DNA from: Smithellaceae bacterium
Lineage (GTDB): Bacteria; Desulfobacterota; Syntrophia; Syntrophales; Smithellaceae
Direction: 5' to 3'
NCBI GenBank assembly: GCA_963667845.2
Contig: CAXXVL010000002.1
Span: forward strand, 3,136,001-3,200,000
Length of the DNA: 64,000 nt
Positions 11,001-21,065 of the stretch are shown here, piece after piece. Position numbers and translations under genes: made by a program. Numbering within the stretch: the first letter of the stretch is position 1; each line of letters begins with the position of its first letter. A model generated the notes under the pieces. That model searched no databases. It was not told where the DNA came from and saw only the letters and a program-made list of their open reading frames with translations.

Positions 11001-11489
11001 ACGAGCGGATTTTCTGGCTTCTTCCATATTTCCGCGAACGATATGAGCGGCAATTTCACCGTGCAGACAGGCGCTGGAGGCAATCAAACCCTCGGAGCAT
11101 GCTTTCAGTAATTCTTTATCCACGCGGGGGCGGTAATAAAAACCTTCTATATGGGCAAAAGATGTGAGCTTCATCAGGTTCTTATAGCCCTGCATGTTCT
11201 TGACTAGAACGACAAGATGACGCGTTGCCTCACCGATGGACGAGGGTGTCTTATCAAAGCGACTTCGGGGTGCAACATAGAGCTCACAGCCGATAATCGG
11301 TTTGATACCGTTGGCATAGGCTTGTTTATAGAAGTCAATCGCGCCGAACATGTTACCATGATCCGTTATGGCCATCGCCGGCATCGCAAATTCTTTTGCT
11401 TTTTTAAAGAGATCGTCCAGGCGGATCATGCCGTCGAGCAGACTGTATTGTGTATGAACGTGAAGATGGACAAAATTTGCGTGTTTCAT
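8022..11489 (-). CDS. dnaE: DNA polymerase III alpha subunit
   Basis: PHP domain HLHVHTQYSLLDG, GRGSAAGS, SMPDIDIDF, YGFNKSH; 1155 aa with no intein-sized insert. Confidence 0.98.
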   Translation of the reverse strand: MKHANFVHLHVHTQYSLLDGMIRLDDLFKKAKEFAMPAMAITDHGNMFGAIDFYKQAYANGIKPIIGCELYVAPRSRFDKTPSSIGEATRHLVVLVKNMQGYKNLMKLTSFAHIEGFYYRPRVDKELLKACSEGLIASSACLHGEIAAHIVRGNMEEARKSAREYRDIFGEENFYLEIMENGIPEQKIANQGLVELSKELSIPLIATNDCHYLNSEHAEAHNILLCIQTGKTIEDADRMSLTSDQFYVKSPEEMQSLFAATPEAIANTVNVAERCNLTFEFGKFYLPKFELKNPEESLDDYLDRKAVEGLEKLMPTIMKYQTKDEAAVWEKYAKRLHTELEIIKKMGFAGYFLIVSDFIKHAKHNGVPVGPGRGSAAGSLVAYAIRITEIDPLRYGLFFERFLNPDRISMPDIDIDFCQERRAEIIKYVTEKYGKDKVTQICTFGKMMAKGVIRDVGRALNVPYGDADRVAKLVPNVLNITLTEAFKMEPRFAEERKKNPQIEKLLSLSLVLEGLNRHSSVHAAGVVISDAPLVERVPLFAPKDDIVSQYSMKDIEAVGLTKFDFLGLKTLTVIRNALNFIKESHNIDIDINDLPLDDQETYKLLMKGETDGVFQLESSGMKDLLVNFKPDHIEDVIALIAAYRPGPMKMIPDFIARKHGKQQISYELPQLAPILKETYGIILYQEQVMQIANVIGGYTMSQADTLRKVMGKKQVAAMEKEKPKFLEGAKKQKINEVKAKTIWDQMETFAEYGFNKSHSAAYAIITYQTAYLKAHYPVAFMAALLTSEKDNRDKIIKHMSNCKEMSINILPPDINESQKDFTVSGENIRFGLAAVKNVGEAAIESVIAMRQEANFNSFIDFLSRVDLRKVNRRVIESLIKCGSFDSLGYSRRQLMECLDRAMEEAQRKQKELLSNQASIFDQLDETDTSTTKGGSSFQIPNLPEWNRKELLAIEKDTLGFYITGHPLHGYADKLKFVANVNSATLNSKKDKDTISIAGVISSLTERLTKKKDIMCNIILEDLQGSVGIIFWADIYKKFYELLHADEPVVIQGSIDVGDESLKIIAQDVIPLAKALENPYKQVRFMIDTEKITPEKIISLYDTIKKYSGKYDGYIHIVNGKSETIVRLGDETKLDICDRLQREVDGILGEGSTIYC

Positions 11490-11495
11490 TTTCTT

Positions 11496-12956
11496 CTAAT
11501 CGATCCAGTAATTGGGGGCTTCCTTGGTAATGATGACGTCATGAACATGGCTTTCTCTGAGTCCGGCCGAGGTGATCCTGACAAATCGTGATTTTTCAAT
11601 CAACTCCGGAATAGTTCTACAACCGACATACCCCATGCCAGCCTTTAATCCTCCGATAAGCTGGACGATACTGGATGATAGCGACCCGCGAAAGGGTACC
11701 CTGCCCTCGATCCCTTCCGGTACCGTTTTTGACGGAGCTTCTACGTCATCCTGATAGTAACGATCGCGACTGCCCATTTTCATCGCTTCGAGCGAACCCA
11801 TGCCGCGATAGACCTTATAGCTGCGACCCTGAAACAGAATTGTCTCACCCGGGCTTTCCTCCGTACCCGCAAATAAACCACCGATCATCGCAGCGTGCGC
11901 ACCGCATCCCAACGCTTTGACGATATCACCGGAATATTTGATGCCACCGTCGGCAATGACGGGAACGGCATGTTTAGATGCAATCTTATATGCGTCACGG
12001 ATGGCTGACATTTGAGCAACGCCGACGCCGGCAACGATCCTCGTTGTACAAATGGAACCGGGCCCCACTCCTACTTTAACAGCGTCGACGCCCGCGTCGA
12101 TAAGTGCCTTGGCGCCTTCCGACGTTGCGATATTCCCCGCAATCAACTGGCATTTCGGGAAATTGGCCTTTGTCGATTTAATGGCATCGATGACACCCGC
12201 CGAATGTCCATGTGATGTATCTATCGCAATCACGTCTACGCCAGCCGCCAGGAGAGCTTCGATGCGAGCTTCACGATCAATGATGCCCACCGCTGCCCCG
12301 ACGCGCAATCTGCCCAGGGAGTCTTTACAGGCATTGGGGTACCGCCTGATCTTTTCAATATCCTTGATGGTAATGAGACCTTTCAGCCGAAAATCATCAT
12401 CCACGACCAGTAATTTTTCAATGCGATGTTTGTGCAGCAGTTTCTTGGAATCTTCCAAAGAAATGTTTGCCTTGACGGTGACGAGTTTATCCTTGGTCAT
12501 GACATTGGCCACCGGCTGATCCAGATCTTCCTCAAAACGCAAATCACGGTTTGTCAGAATTCCGACAAGTCTTTCATTCTTGACAACCGGTACACCGGAA
12601 ATGGAATATTGATGCATCAGAGCCAGCGCATCGCTGACTTTGCGCTCAGGTTCGATCGTGATCGGATCAACAATCATGCCGCTTTCCGATTTCTTAACCC
12701 TGTCGACTTCAATCGCCTGGCGGTCGATGCTCATATTGCGATGGATGAAGCCGATGCCGCCTTCCTGAGCCATGCATATGGCAGTGCGGGATTCTGTGAC
12801 CGTATCCATTGCCGCTGATACAATCGGGATGTTCAGGGTAATGCTTTTGGTGAGCAGTGTGGCCGTATCAACGTCACGCGGCAGCACGCTGGATGCCGCC
12901 GGCACCAAGAGAAGATCATCAAAAGTTAAGGATTCTTTTACTACGTCGTCTAACAT
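11496..12956 (-). CDS. guaB: IMP dehydrogenase
   Basis: [13 protein letters not shown] pair, [15 protein letters not shown]; start moved to the ATG following a GGAGG SD. Confidence 0.97.
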   Translation of the reverse strand: MLDDVVKESLTFDDLLLVPAASSVLPRDVDTATLLTKSITLNIPIVSAAMDTVTESRTAICMAQEGGIGFIHRNMSIDRQAIEVDRVKKSESGMIVDPITIEPERKVSDALALMHQYSISGVPVVKNERLVGILTNRDLRFEEDLDQPVANVMTKDKLVTVKANISLEDSKKLLHKHRIEKLLVVDDDFRLKGLITIKDIEKIRRYPNACKDSLGRLRVGAAVGIIDREARIEALLAAGVDVIAIDTSHGHSAGVIDAIKSTKANFPKCQLIAGNIATSEGAKALIDAGVDAVKVGVGPGSICTTRIVAGVGVAQMSAIRDAYKIASKHAVPVIADGGIKYSGDIVKALGCGAHAAMIGGLFAGTEESPGETILFQGRSYKVYRGMGSLEAMKMGSRDRYYQDDVEAPSKTVPEGIEGRVPFRGSLSSSIVQLIGGLKAGMGYVGCRTIPELIEKSRFVRITSAGLRESHVHDVIITKEAPNYWID

Positions 12957-12979
12957 GATACCCTCCATCCGGTAATGAC

Positions 12980-13441
12980 TTAATTGTTATTGATGAAATA
13001 TTTTTGATGATTTAACGCAATGTAGTAGTGATCGCCGGTATCATCTACCTCGATCAGTTCGGCAAGCTGGTAATAACTTTTTCTTGTGAAGCGGGCGACA
13101 AACTTTCCTTTTTTGATGCAGCAATACATGACATTGTCATCGCCTACAACTAGCGATTTCATATCGAGCTTTTCCAAAGATTCATCGCTCAAGAGAATTT
13201 CAATCTGATCCTGACCGTGGTCCTGCGCCTTCGTCCCGTAAACAGCGGTCACGACGAAAGCCGTATCTTCGACGTCCACATAATAGATTTCACCATTGAG
13301 TTCAATGAAGTACTTTCCGCAATCGTCAATGTGCAGGTTTTCAAAGAAGACACACAAAATGTCTTTGCGGAACATATGCGCGCCACAGTAATACCAGATA
13401 CCCTCTTTGTCTATTTTGATATCGCTTCCAATCATAATCAA
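12980..13441 (-). CDS. Hypothetical protein, DUF1285-like
   Basis: N-terminal [12 protein letters not shown] and ARF.RKSYYQL resemble DUF1285 (from memory); operonic position. Confidence 0.6.
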   Translation of the reverse strand: MIMIGSDIKIDKEGIWYYCGAHMFRKDILCVFFENLHIDDCGKYFIELNGEIYYVDVEDTAFVVTAVYGTKAQDHGQDQIEILLSDESLEKLDMKSLVVGDDNVMYCCIKKGKFVARFTRKSYYQLAELIEVDDTGDHYYIALNHQKYFINNN

Positions 13442-13887
13442 AAATTCTTTTTACTATCGACTAACATAGTTACAGGACCATTATTAACCAATTCAACTTT
13501 CATCATCGACTGAAACTTGCCCGTGGCAAGTTTTTTCACTTTCGGAGCGGCTTTGGAAACAAAATATTCATAGAGTTCATTGGCCTTTCCAGGGTCTTCC
13601 GCGCGGGTAAATGACGGTCTGCGTCCTTTGATACAGTCGCCAAGCAATGTGAATTGTGAAACCACCAGCATATCCCCGGCTACATCGGTAAGAGAAAGAT
13701 TCATTTTGCCGAGATCATCTTCAAATATTCTTAAATTCACTGTCTTTTCAAGAATATAGTCGGCATCTTTCTCGCTGTCGCCCTGCTCCACTCCCAGCAA
13801 TACCAGCAGTCCTTGATCGATAGCGGAATACAACTGAGAATTTATTATGACGCAAGCCTGGTCAACTCTCTGAATAACTGCACGCAT
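13438..13887 (-). CDS. dtd: D-aminoacyl-tRNA deacylase
   Basis: MRAVIQRV, SQFTL, GRRPSF and NNGPVT motifs. Confidence 0.96.
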   Translation of the reverse strand: MRAVIQRVDQACVIINSQLYSAIDQGLLVLLGVEQGDSEKDADYILEKTVNLRIFEDDLGKMNLSLTDVAGDMLVVSQFTLLGDCIKGRRPSFTRAEDPGKANELYEYFVSKAAPKVKKLATGKFQSMMKVELVNNGPVTMLVDSKKNF

Positions 13888-13912
13888 GAGGAATCCCATT
13901 TAAAGTTCGGGC

Positions 13913-13941
13913 ATGTTAGCAACAATTGACCGAGTCTTCAA
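13913..13941 (-). promoter_or_regulatory. Putative sigma70 promoter of the dtd-guaB-dnaE operon
   Basis: TTGAAG-N17-TAACAT with extended TG on the minus strand. Confidence 0.5.
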
Positions 13942-13961
13942 GTTCTTTCTGGGAATAATTA

Positions 13962-13989
13962 TTGCGACGACAAATCAACGACTTACACT
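13962..13989 (+). promoter_or_regulatory. Putative sigma70 promoter of the radical SAM operon
   Basis: TTGCGA-N16-TACACT. Confidence 0.4.
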
Positions 13990-14146
13990 TTGCCTCATCC
14001 GGCTCGACAGCAATATCATTGCTTCCGAATTCATACGAAATCCGGAGTCGATTCCACAGCTGCGACGGGTCGGGGCTTCTCGGACAGTCATCTGAAATTA
14101 TTATATTTTTTGTAATCAGCCAACTTGTGTGCTAAGAGGCGGCGGT

Positions 14147-15508
14147 ATGAGTAGAAACATTCTGTTGATCAATCCCTGGATCCATGATTTCGCGGCGTAT
14201 GATTTCTGGCTAAAGCCATTGGGGCTCTTATACTTGGGAGGCCTCTTACGCGCAAACAATCATCATATTTCTTACATCGATTGCCTAGATCCTTATTCTT
14301 CGCCAATGATGCAAAAAGGCGGAAAATCACCGAAACGTCACGAATACGGTCATGGAGGATTTTTTCGTCAAGTCATCGAAAAGCCGCCTTGTCTCGAGAT
14401 CCTGCCGCGCAATTACTGCCGTTATGGAATCGCTCCGGACGTTTTCCGAATGGAGTTGGAACAATATCGTGATACGGATATCGTTCTCATGACCTCGATG
14501 ATGACGTATTGGTACCCCGGCGTGTTCGAAGCCATTAAAATTGTCAAAGAGGTCTTACCAGGCGTTCCCATTGTGCTCGGCGGCAAATATGCCACTCTGT
14601 GCTATGATCATGCAGTAGCTCATTCGGGTGCCAATTACATCATTCGCGGTCGAGGAGAAATTGAAACCCTAAATCTGCTTGGACAACTCTTTAACGAAGA
14701 TGTCTTTTTAAAACCGGACGAAAATGATCTGGACACCTTGCCCTACCCTGTTTTTGATCTAATTCACAGACTTGATCAGATTCCGATCATCATCTCGCTG
14801 GGCTGTCCGTATCGATGCAGCTACTGCTCATCCCACATTCTGCAGAAGAAATTTCTCAGGCGGACGCCAAGCAAAGTTGCTGATGAGATAGAATACTGGC
14901 ACCGGAATTTCGGTGTCGTCGATTTTAGCTTTTACGATGACGCCCTGCTCGTCGATTCTGAAAAGATGATCATTCCTCTGCTCCAGGAAATAAAGAAAAG
15001 GAAATTGTCTTGCCGGTTTCACTGTCCCAATGGTTTGCATTTAAGAGAAATAAATGAACGATTAAGTCAACTCCTCTATGAATCAGGTTTCAAGACCATC
15101 CGTTTCGGCTTTGAAACCGCGGATTTTCAATTGCAGACTGAAACGGGCGGAAAAGTTCAAAACGAAGAACTGCGCAAGGCCGTTATTTACCTTAAAGGTG
15201 CAGGATACAAAACAGAAGACATTGGCGTCTATCTGCTGTGCGGCATACCCTATCAGAAAGAAAGAGACGTCTCCCGCAGCATAGATTTCGTCTTACAGTG
15301 CGGAGCTAAACCGATCCTCGCCGAATATTCCCCGATACCAGGCACAAAAATGTGGATGGACGCAATTGAGGCTTCGCCATTTGACATTCAGCACGAACCT
15401 CTATATCATAACAACACTTTTTTGTGCTGCCGTAATGATGATTTCAGTTATGAAGTTTACAGCAGTCTCAAAGCTAAACTCAAAGCATCGCCGAAAGAAA
15501 CGGTTTAA
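14147..15508 (+). CDS. B12-binding-domain radical SAM protein
   Basis: N-terminal B12-binding-like domain (LLINPWIHDFAAYD..KPLGLL), CPYRCSYC CxxxCxxC motif. Confidence 0.88.
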   Translation: MSRNILLINPWIHDFAAYDFWLKPLGLLYLGGLLRANNHHISYIDCLDPYSSPMMQKGGKSPKRHEYGHGGFFRQVIEKPPCLEILPRNYCRYGIAPDVFRMELEQYRDTDIVLMTSMMTYWYPGVFEAIKIVKEVLPGVPIVLGGKYATLCYDHAVAHSGANYIIRGRGEIETLNLLGQLFNEDVFLKPDENDLDTLPYPVFDLIHRLDQIPIIISLGCPYRCSYCSSHILQKKFLRRTPSKVADEIEYWHRNFGVVDFSFYDDALLVDSEKMIIPLLQEIKKRKLSCRFHCPNGLHLREINERLSQLLYESGFKTIRFGFETADFQLQTETGGKVQNEELRKAVIYLKGAGYKTEDIGVYLLCGIPYQKERDVSRSIDFVLQCGAKPILAEYSPIPGTKMWMDAIEASPFDIQHEPLYHNNTFLCCRNDDFSYEVYSSLKAKLKASPKETV

Positions 15509-15513
15509 TCGAA

Positions 15514-15753
15514 ATGAAGATTCTGATCCGGATTAAAAATATTATGGTCCTGCTGCTGTCGCTGTTCTTTTTAGTTTGCGGCATCAATATCATGGTGGGG
15601 GCATTTAAGATGGCCAATCCACTTGAGTTCGTCATGACTTTGTTTTCGGCCTCATTCATCATTTTATTTTGTATCGTCGGTCTCCTTTATGCCTTTTTCC
15701 GCTTTCTTCCAAGAAAATCCGATAACGAGATGGATCATGTTGACACGAAATAG
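15514..15753 (+). CDS. Small two-TM membrane protein
   Basis: 79 aa, two hydrophobic helices, fills the operon gap. Confidence 0.65.
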   Translation: MKILIRIKNIMVLLLSLFFLVCGINIMVGAFKMANPLEFVMTLFSASFIILFCIVGLLYAFFRFLPRKSDNEMDHVDTK

Positions 15754-17260
15754 ATTTTATATATCAATTATCGGATTAATTGTCCTTTTCTTTGCAATCC
15801 CATCACAGGCAATCGACCTGGAAAAAAATGTTGTCAAAACCAAATTGGATAACGGACTGGTTGTTTTAATGCTGAAACGGACATTCAGTCCGACGGTTTC
15901 CCTGTATATCCGCTATCGCGTCGGTGCAGTAGACGAGATTCAGGGCCAGACCGGAGCAGCACATTTTTTGGAACACCTGATGTTCAAGGGCACAACAACT
16001 ATCGGCGCCAAAAATTACCCGGAAGAAGAAAAGATTCTCATCCAAATCGAAGAAGTGGGACAGGCATTGGATAAAGAGAGGATGAAGCAGGAAAAAGCCG
16101 ATCAAAGAATCATTGAAGGGCTTGGCCTGCAGTTGAAAAAATTGCAGGCCAAACAGCGCCGTTACTACATTCCCAATGAAATTGACAGGCTCTATACGGA
16201 GAACGGTGGTCTGGGCATGAACGCGTCAACGGGACAGGATGTAACAACTTATTTTGTCAGTCTCCCAGCCAATAAGATCGAGCTCTGGGCGCGGATAGAA
16301 TCCGATCGTCTGCTTCATCCCGTCTTTCGTGATTTTTATACGGAACGCGATGTCATCATGGAAGAAAGGCGACAAAGGGTGGAAACAAGTCCGGAAGGGA
16401 AACTTTACGAATCCTTCCTGAGTGCCTCTTTTACCGTTCATCCCTATGGACGGCCTGTGATCGGCTTCCCTCAGGATTTGACCTATATGAGCCAGACAGC
16501 CGTCCGGCGGATTCATCAAAAATACCTTTCACCTGAGAACATGGTCATCGCTGTGGTCGGGGATATCGATTTAGAAAAGACTCAAAAGTTGATCGGCAAA
16601 TATTTTGGACGGATTCCCAAGAATAAATCTGGACCGGTCCGGATTCCGGAAGAACCGGCGCAAACCCGGGAACGAAAAATTGCAGTCTTGTTTGACGCCA
16701 GTCCATCGTTGCTGATCGGCTATCACAAACCGACTGCACCTGATACCGATGATTACATCTTTGATGTCCTGGAGACGATTCTCAGCAAAGGCCGAACGAG
16801 CCGTTTATACTCCAAGTTGGTTTTGCAGATGCAGATCGCGGACAGCATCGGTATTTCTAATGGCGTTCCCGCCACGAGGTATCCTAATCTATTTGTGATA
16901 TCCGCCCGCCCACGTTATCCGCACACAAATGATGAACTTCAAGCAGCCATTCTGCAGGAACTGGAGAACATCAAGAAAGATCCCGTTTCGAACCAGGAAC
17001 TTGCCAAGGCCAGAAACCAATTAAAGATGGATTATATCAAAAGTCTCGATTCCAATTCCGAAATTGCTTCCATTCTTTCGTACTACGAATTGCTTCTCGG
17101 CGATTATCGGTATTTTTCCAATTATATTTCCCGCATCGAAAAAGTAACAACACTCGACCTTCAAAGGGTGGCAACAAAGTATCTTCGAGCTGAAAATCGG
17201 ACGGTCGCTGTCTTAAATAAGAAAACGGATGCCGCCGGCGCAGGTAAAGATGAAAATTAG
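15737..17260 (+). CDS. M16 family zinc peptidase, catalytic subunit (exported)
   Basis: Signal peptide, inverted zinc motif HFLEH, NAST..D.T, HPYGRPVIG. Confidence 0.92.
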   Translation: MLTRNRFYISIIGLIVLFFAIPSQAIDLEKNVVKTKLDNGLVVLMLKRTFSPTVSLYIRYRVGAVDEIQGQTGAAHFLEHLMFKGTTTIGAKNYPEEEKILIQIEEVGQALDKERMKQEKADQRIIEGLGLQLKKLQAKQRRYYIPNEIDRLYTENGGLGMNASTGQDVTTYFVSLPANKIELWARIESDRLLHPVFRDFYTERDVIMEERRQRVETSPEGKLYESFLSASFTVHPYGRPVIGFPQDLTYMSQTAVRRIHQKYLSPENMVIAVVGDIDLEKTQKLIGKYFGRIPKNKSGPVRIPEEPAQTRERKIAVLFDASPSLLIGYHKPTAPDTDDYIFDVLETILSKGRTSRLYSKLVLQMQIADSIGISNGVPATRYPNLFVISARPRYPHTNDELQAAILQELENIKKDPVSNQELAKARNQLKMDYIKSLDSNSEIASILSYYELLLGDYRYFSNYISRIEKVTTLDLQRVATKYLRAENRTVAVLNKKTDAAGAGKDEN

Positions 17261-18674
17261 AATGCATCGATCTTTTGTGGTTTTTTTATTGCTGTATCTG
17301 ATGTGCGCGGTCGCATCGTTTGAGACCCTTGCCGCAAATCAAATCCCCCCCCCGGAAAAATTGAAGTATCCTCGCTTGGAGTTTAAGTTGCCGCAGGCCG
17401 AGCGCATTCTACTGAATAATGGCTCGCTTTTATTTTTTCTTCGTGACGACGAATTACCCCTGATTTCCATATCCGCAATGGTACGAACCGGATCCATGTA
17501 TGATCCAGAGGGCAAAGAAGGCGTCGCTGAACTCACGGCTGGCCTCATGAGAACCGGAGGAACAGCAAAATTAAGCAGTGCGGAAATAGATAACCGGTTT
17601 GATTTTCTCGCCGCTTCGCCTTCTATTGCGATGTCTCTGGATTCCGCTTCGATCAATTTTTCATTTTTAAAAGATGATCTGGATACCTGCCTGGATCTGC
17701 TCGCACAGATGATCAAAGAACCGGCTTTTGAGGAAGAAAAATTGCAGTTGGCGCTCTCATTGAAAAAAGAAGAGCTGCGACGAATTGCGGATAATCCCCA
17801 AAAGCTGGCCTTTCGTGAATTCAACCGTCTGCTGTATCCCGATGATCCGCGAGGCCGATACCCGACGTTCGCTTCACTGCAAAATATTCGGCGCGATGAT
17901 TTGGTCTCTTTTCACCGGAAATATTTTGCGCCATCTAATATGATCTTCGCGGTCTCCGGAAATATTTCCAGGCAAGATGCCGTTAATAAACTGGAGCAAT
18001 ATTTTGGCAACTGGAGTACATCAATTCATGCCCTTGATATCGCTCCTCCTCCGAAAAAGGCCGGCTACGGTCTCTTCGTCATCCGGAAACAAATTCCCCA
18101 ATCAACAGCGGTGAGCGGAGAATTCACATTGAGTAAGAATGATCCCGATTTTTATGCGTTCACAATCCTCGATTTTATTATCGGCAGCGGCGGTTTTTCT
18201 TCCCGGATATTCAGCGCCGTTCGCAATAACGAAGGTTTGGCATACAGCGCCGGCAGTTTCTACAAGGCACGGGCTAATTATGGTGTTTTTGGAACGTATG
18301 CTATTACAAAAACGGCATCGACAATTCAGACCATTCAGTTGATTAACGACATCCTAAGGGACGTGTCGGGTGGATCCGTCAGTCCGTCTGAACTGGATTC
18401 GGCGAAACAATCCATCCTGAATAGTTTCATTTTTTCTTTCGTGCAGCCAAGTCAAATTGCTTCTCAGCAAATGTCCATCGCGTTTGAAAAATTACCTGCC
18501 GACTTTCTCAGCGGCTATCGCGAAAGAATTGAGGCCGTGACCCGGGATGATCTAAAGCGGGTTGCCGCCAGGTCTTTAAATGAAAAAAGAAGGATGACGC
18601 TTATCGTTGGCGATGCTGATCAATTCGGCAAAATGCCCGAACAATGGGGACAGCCGGTCTTCATTTCACCGTAA
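17250..18674 (+). CDS. M16 family peptidase, non-catalytic partner subunit
   Basis: Pitrilysin fold with SSRIFSAVRNNEGLAY motif but no HxxEH; signal peptide. Confidence 0.88.
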   Translation: MKIRMHRSFVVFLLLYLMCAVASFETLAANQIPPPEKLKYPRLEFKLPQAERILLNNGSLLFFLRDDELPLISISAMVRTGSMYDPEGKEGVAELTAGLMRTGGTAKLSSAEIDNRFDFLAASPSIAMSLDSASINFSFLKDDLDTCLDLLAQMIKEPAFEEEKLQLALSLKKEELRRIADNPQKLAFREFNRLLYPDDPRGRYPTFASLQNIRRDDLVSFHRKYFAPSNMIFAVSGNISRQDAVNKLEQYFGNWSTSIHALDIAPPPKKAGYGLFVIRKQIPQSTAVSGEFTLSKNDPDFYAFTILDFIIGSGGFSSRIFSAVRNNEGLAYSAGSFYKARANYGVFGTYAITKTASTIQTIQLINDILRDVSGGSVSPSELDSAKQSILNSFIFSFVQPSQIASQQMSIAFEKLPADFLSGYRERIEAVTRDDLKRVAARSLNEKRRMTLIVGDADQFGKMPEQWGQPVFISP

Positions 18675-18694
18675 CAATAGATTGGAACTTAATC

Positions 18695-19936
18695 ATGATT
18701 GACGAAAGCACCTTTACAAGAATTACCCACAGAATCGACACCTACCGGGATGACATGATCGAATTGCAGAAAGCACTGACGTCCATTCCTGCAGTCGGCC
18801 CGGTCAACGGCGGCGACGGCGAAATGCTAAAAGCCGCACTGCTGAAAAAGCTGCTGATCAACATGGGTTTTAAATCATTTAAACATTACGACGCACCGGA
18901 TTCGGCCGTTTCCAGCGGTCTTCGGCCTAATTTTCTGACATCACTTGAGGGACAAAGCAAATCGCGTGTCATCTGGATAATAACGCATCTGGATATTGTT
19001 CCTCCGGGTGAGCTCAATCTGTGGAACTCCGATCCTTATACAGCTTACGTCAAAGATAATTGCATCTATGGCCGCGGAACGGAAGATAATCAGCAGGACA
19101 TGGTCGCCTCGATTTTCGCCGCCAAAGCCTTTATCGACGAAGGCGTCTTCCCGATTAATACCATTAGCCTCTTTTTCGTAGCGGATGAAGAGACTTCCGG
19201 CAGCAAGGGGCTCTATCATGTCTTGGACCTGCCGGAGCAGATTTTCAGTAAAGATGATTTAATCATCGTACCCGACTCCGGAAATCAAGAGGGCTCTCTG
19301 ATCGAAATTGCGGAAAAAAGCATCCTCTGGATGCGTTTTAAAACAACCGGCAGGCAATGCCATGGCAGCAAGCCTCAACTGGGCAATAATGCTTTCACGG
19401 CAGCATCGTATTTGATAACAAAATTGATAAAACTCCGTAAGATCTTTGACGCAGTGGATCAACTTTTTGATCCTCCCGCGAGTACGTTCGAACCGACAAA
19501 GAAAGAAGCCAACGTCGGCAATATCAATACGATACCGGGCGAAGATGTTTTCTACATGGATTGCAGGGTTCTTCCACAATACAGTCTCCGAGAAGTCCTC
19601 GCGGAAGTAGCTAACATCGTTAAAGAAGTAGAAAAGACATTTTCGGTCACCATTGAAATATCGCAAGAACAATACGTCCAGTCAACCGAGCCCACTGCAG
19701 CCGATGCTCCTGTCGTGTGCGCCCTTCAAGAAGCAATTGAGGCTGTCTATCACCTGAAAGCCCACCCCGGAGGCGTCGGCGCCGGAACAGTTGCCGCCTA
19801 TCTGCGCAAAAAAGACTATCCGGCCGCGGTCTGGTCTAAATCCAATATGATGGCTCATCAGCCCAATGAGAACTGCCCGATTGACAGTATCATCGGGGAT
19901 GCGAAAGTCTTCGCCCACCTGTTTTTACAGGCGTGA
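18695..19936 (+). CDS. M20 family metallohydrolase (DapE/ArgE-like)
   Basis: THLDIVP, GRGTEDN, DEETS and AHQPNE motifs. Confidence 0.88.
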   Translation: MIDESTFTRITHRIDTYRDDMIELQKALTSIPAVGPVNGGDGEMLKAALLKKLLINMGFKSFKHYDAPDSAVSSGLRPNFLTSLEGQSKSRVIWIITHLDIVPPGELNLWNSDPYTAYVKDNCIYGRGTEDNQQDMVASIFAAKAFIDEGVFPINTISLFFVADEETSGSKGLYHVLDLPEQIFSKDDLIIVPDSGNQEGSLIEIAEKSILWMRFKTTGRQCHGSKPQLGNNAFTAASYLITKLIKLRKIFDAVDQLFDPPASTFEPTKKEANVGNINTIPGEDVFYMDCRVLPQYSLREVLAEVANIVKEVEKTFSVTIEISQEQYVQSTEPTAADAPVVCALQEAIEAVYHLKAHPGGVGAGTVAAYLRKKDYPAAVWSKSNMMAHQPNENCPIDSIIGDAKVFAHLFLQA

Positions 19937-19942
19937 ATTGTA

Positions 19943-19971
19943 TTGCATTCAATACCCCATAGTGGTAGAAA
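19943..19971 (+). promoter_or_regulatory. Putative sigma70 promoter of the phoH operon
   Basis: TTGCAT-N17-TAGAAA with extended TG. Confidence 0.45.
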
Positions 19972-20067
19972 AACGCCTTCGCATGAGAGGTGCCATATCC
20001 AATTGTCTGCACAACCGAACGGCAATGGGTTTTGGTGAAGATTAATATTTTTAGAGGCTGATAATAT

Positions 20068-21060
20068 TTGATTAAAGCAACTAAAAACATCCGCGTAGAA
20101 AAATTATCCTTCGCGGACCCGAATTTATTAAAGAGCCTCTGCGGCGAACATGACCGGCACTTAAAACTCCTTGAAAAGCTTGAACAGATCAAGGTTAAAC
20201 CCTGGGGGACCCACCTTTCCATTACAGGCGATGAAACCGCCGTTCTAAAGATTTCACTTTTGATCAGACAATTATATTCTATCATGGAAAAAGGATGGCA
20301 TATTCATTCTTCCGATATCGACTATGCCCATAGGATTCTCACTGAAGATATCGATTTTGATTTAGCCCGCGTTTTTCTGGATACGGTTTTCATATCTTCA
20401 AAGAAAAGAATTATAACTCCCAAAAGCATCGCACAGCGTCATTACATCGACGCCATGCGGACAGCGGATATGGTGCTCGCCATCGGCCCCGCGGGCACAG
20501 GAAAGACTTATCTGGCCATGGCTATGGCGGTGTCTCACTTGCTGGAAAAAAAGGTGCAACGGATTATTCTTACGCGTCCGGCCGTGGAAGCCGGCGAGCG
20601 GCTTGGGTTTCTGCCCGGTGATCTCGCCGAGAAAGTCAATCCGTATTTGCGCCCACTGTACGATGCACTTTATGACATGGTGGATATGGAAAAGGCAGGT
20701 GCACTTATCAGCAAAGGACTGATAGAAGTGGCCCCGTTGGCGTTCATGCGCGGACGAACCCTTAACGACTCCTTTATCATCTTGGATGAAGCTCAGAATA
20801 CGACCTCCGAACAAATGAAAATGTTCTTGACGCGCCTCGGTTTCAATTCCAAAGCGGTTGTGACAGGCGACATCACTCAGATTGATCTGCCGACGGAGAA
20901 ATCGTCGGGCCTGATTGAGGCCGAAAAAATCCTCAAAAATGTCGAAGCGATCCGCATTGTACATTTTTCCCAAGTCGATGTAGTCCGTCATCCTTTGGTC
21001 GCTGATGTAATCGCGGCTTATGCCTCATGGGACACTGAAAAAAAGAGCCGTCAAAAATAA
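20068..21060 (+). CDS. phoH: PhoH-family ATPase
   Basis: GPAGTGKT, RPAVEAGERLGFLPGD, RGRTL and DEAQN motifs. Confidence 0.95.
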   Translation: MIKATKNIRVEKLSFADPNLLKSLCGEHDRHLKLLEKLEQIKVKPWGTHLSITGDETAVLKISLLIRQLYSIMEKGWHIHSSDIDYAHRILTEDIDFDLARVFLDTVFISSKKRIITPKSIAQRHYIDAMRTADMVLAIGPAGTGKTYLAMAMAVSHLLEKKVQRIILTRPAVEAGERLGFLPGDLAEKVNPYLRPLYDALYDMVDMEKAGALISKGLIEVAPLAFMRGRTLNDSFIILDEAQNTTSEQMKMFLTRLGFNSKAVVTGDITQIDLPTEKSSGLIEAEKILKNVEAIRIVHFSQVDVVRHPLVADVIAAYASWDTEKKSRQK

Positions 21061-21065
21061 CCCTT

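Noticed and set aside
8022..11489. Intein or split in dnaE
   Set aside because: Length and motif spacing are those of a normal uninterrupted DnaE
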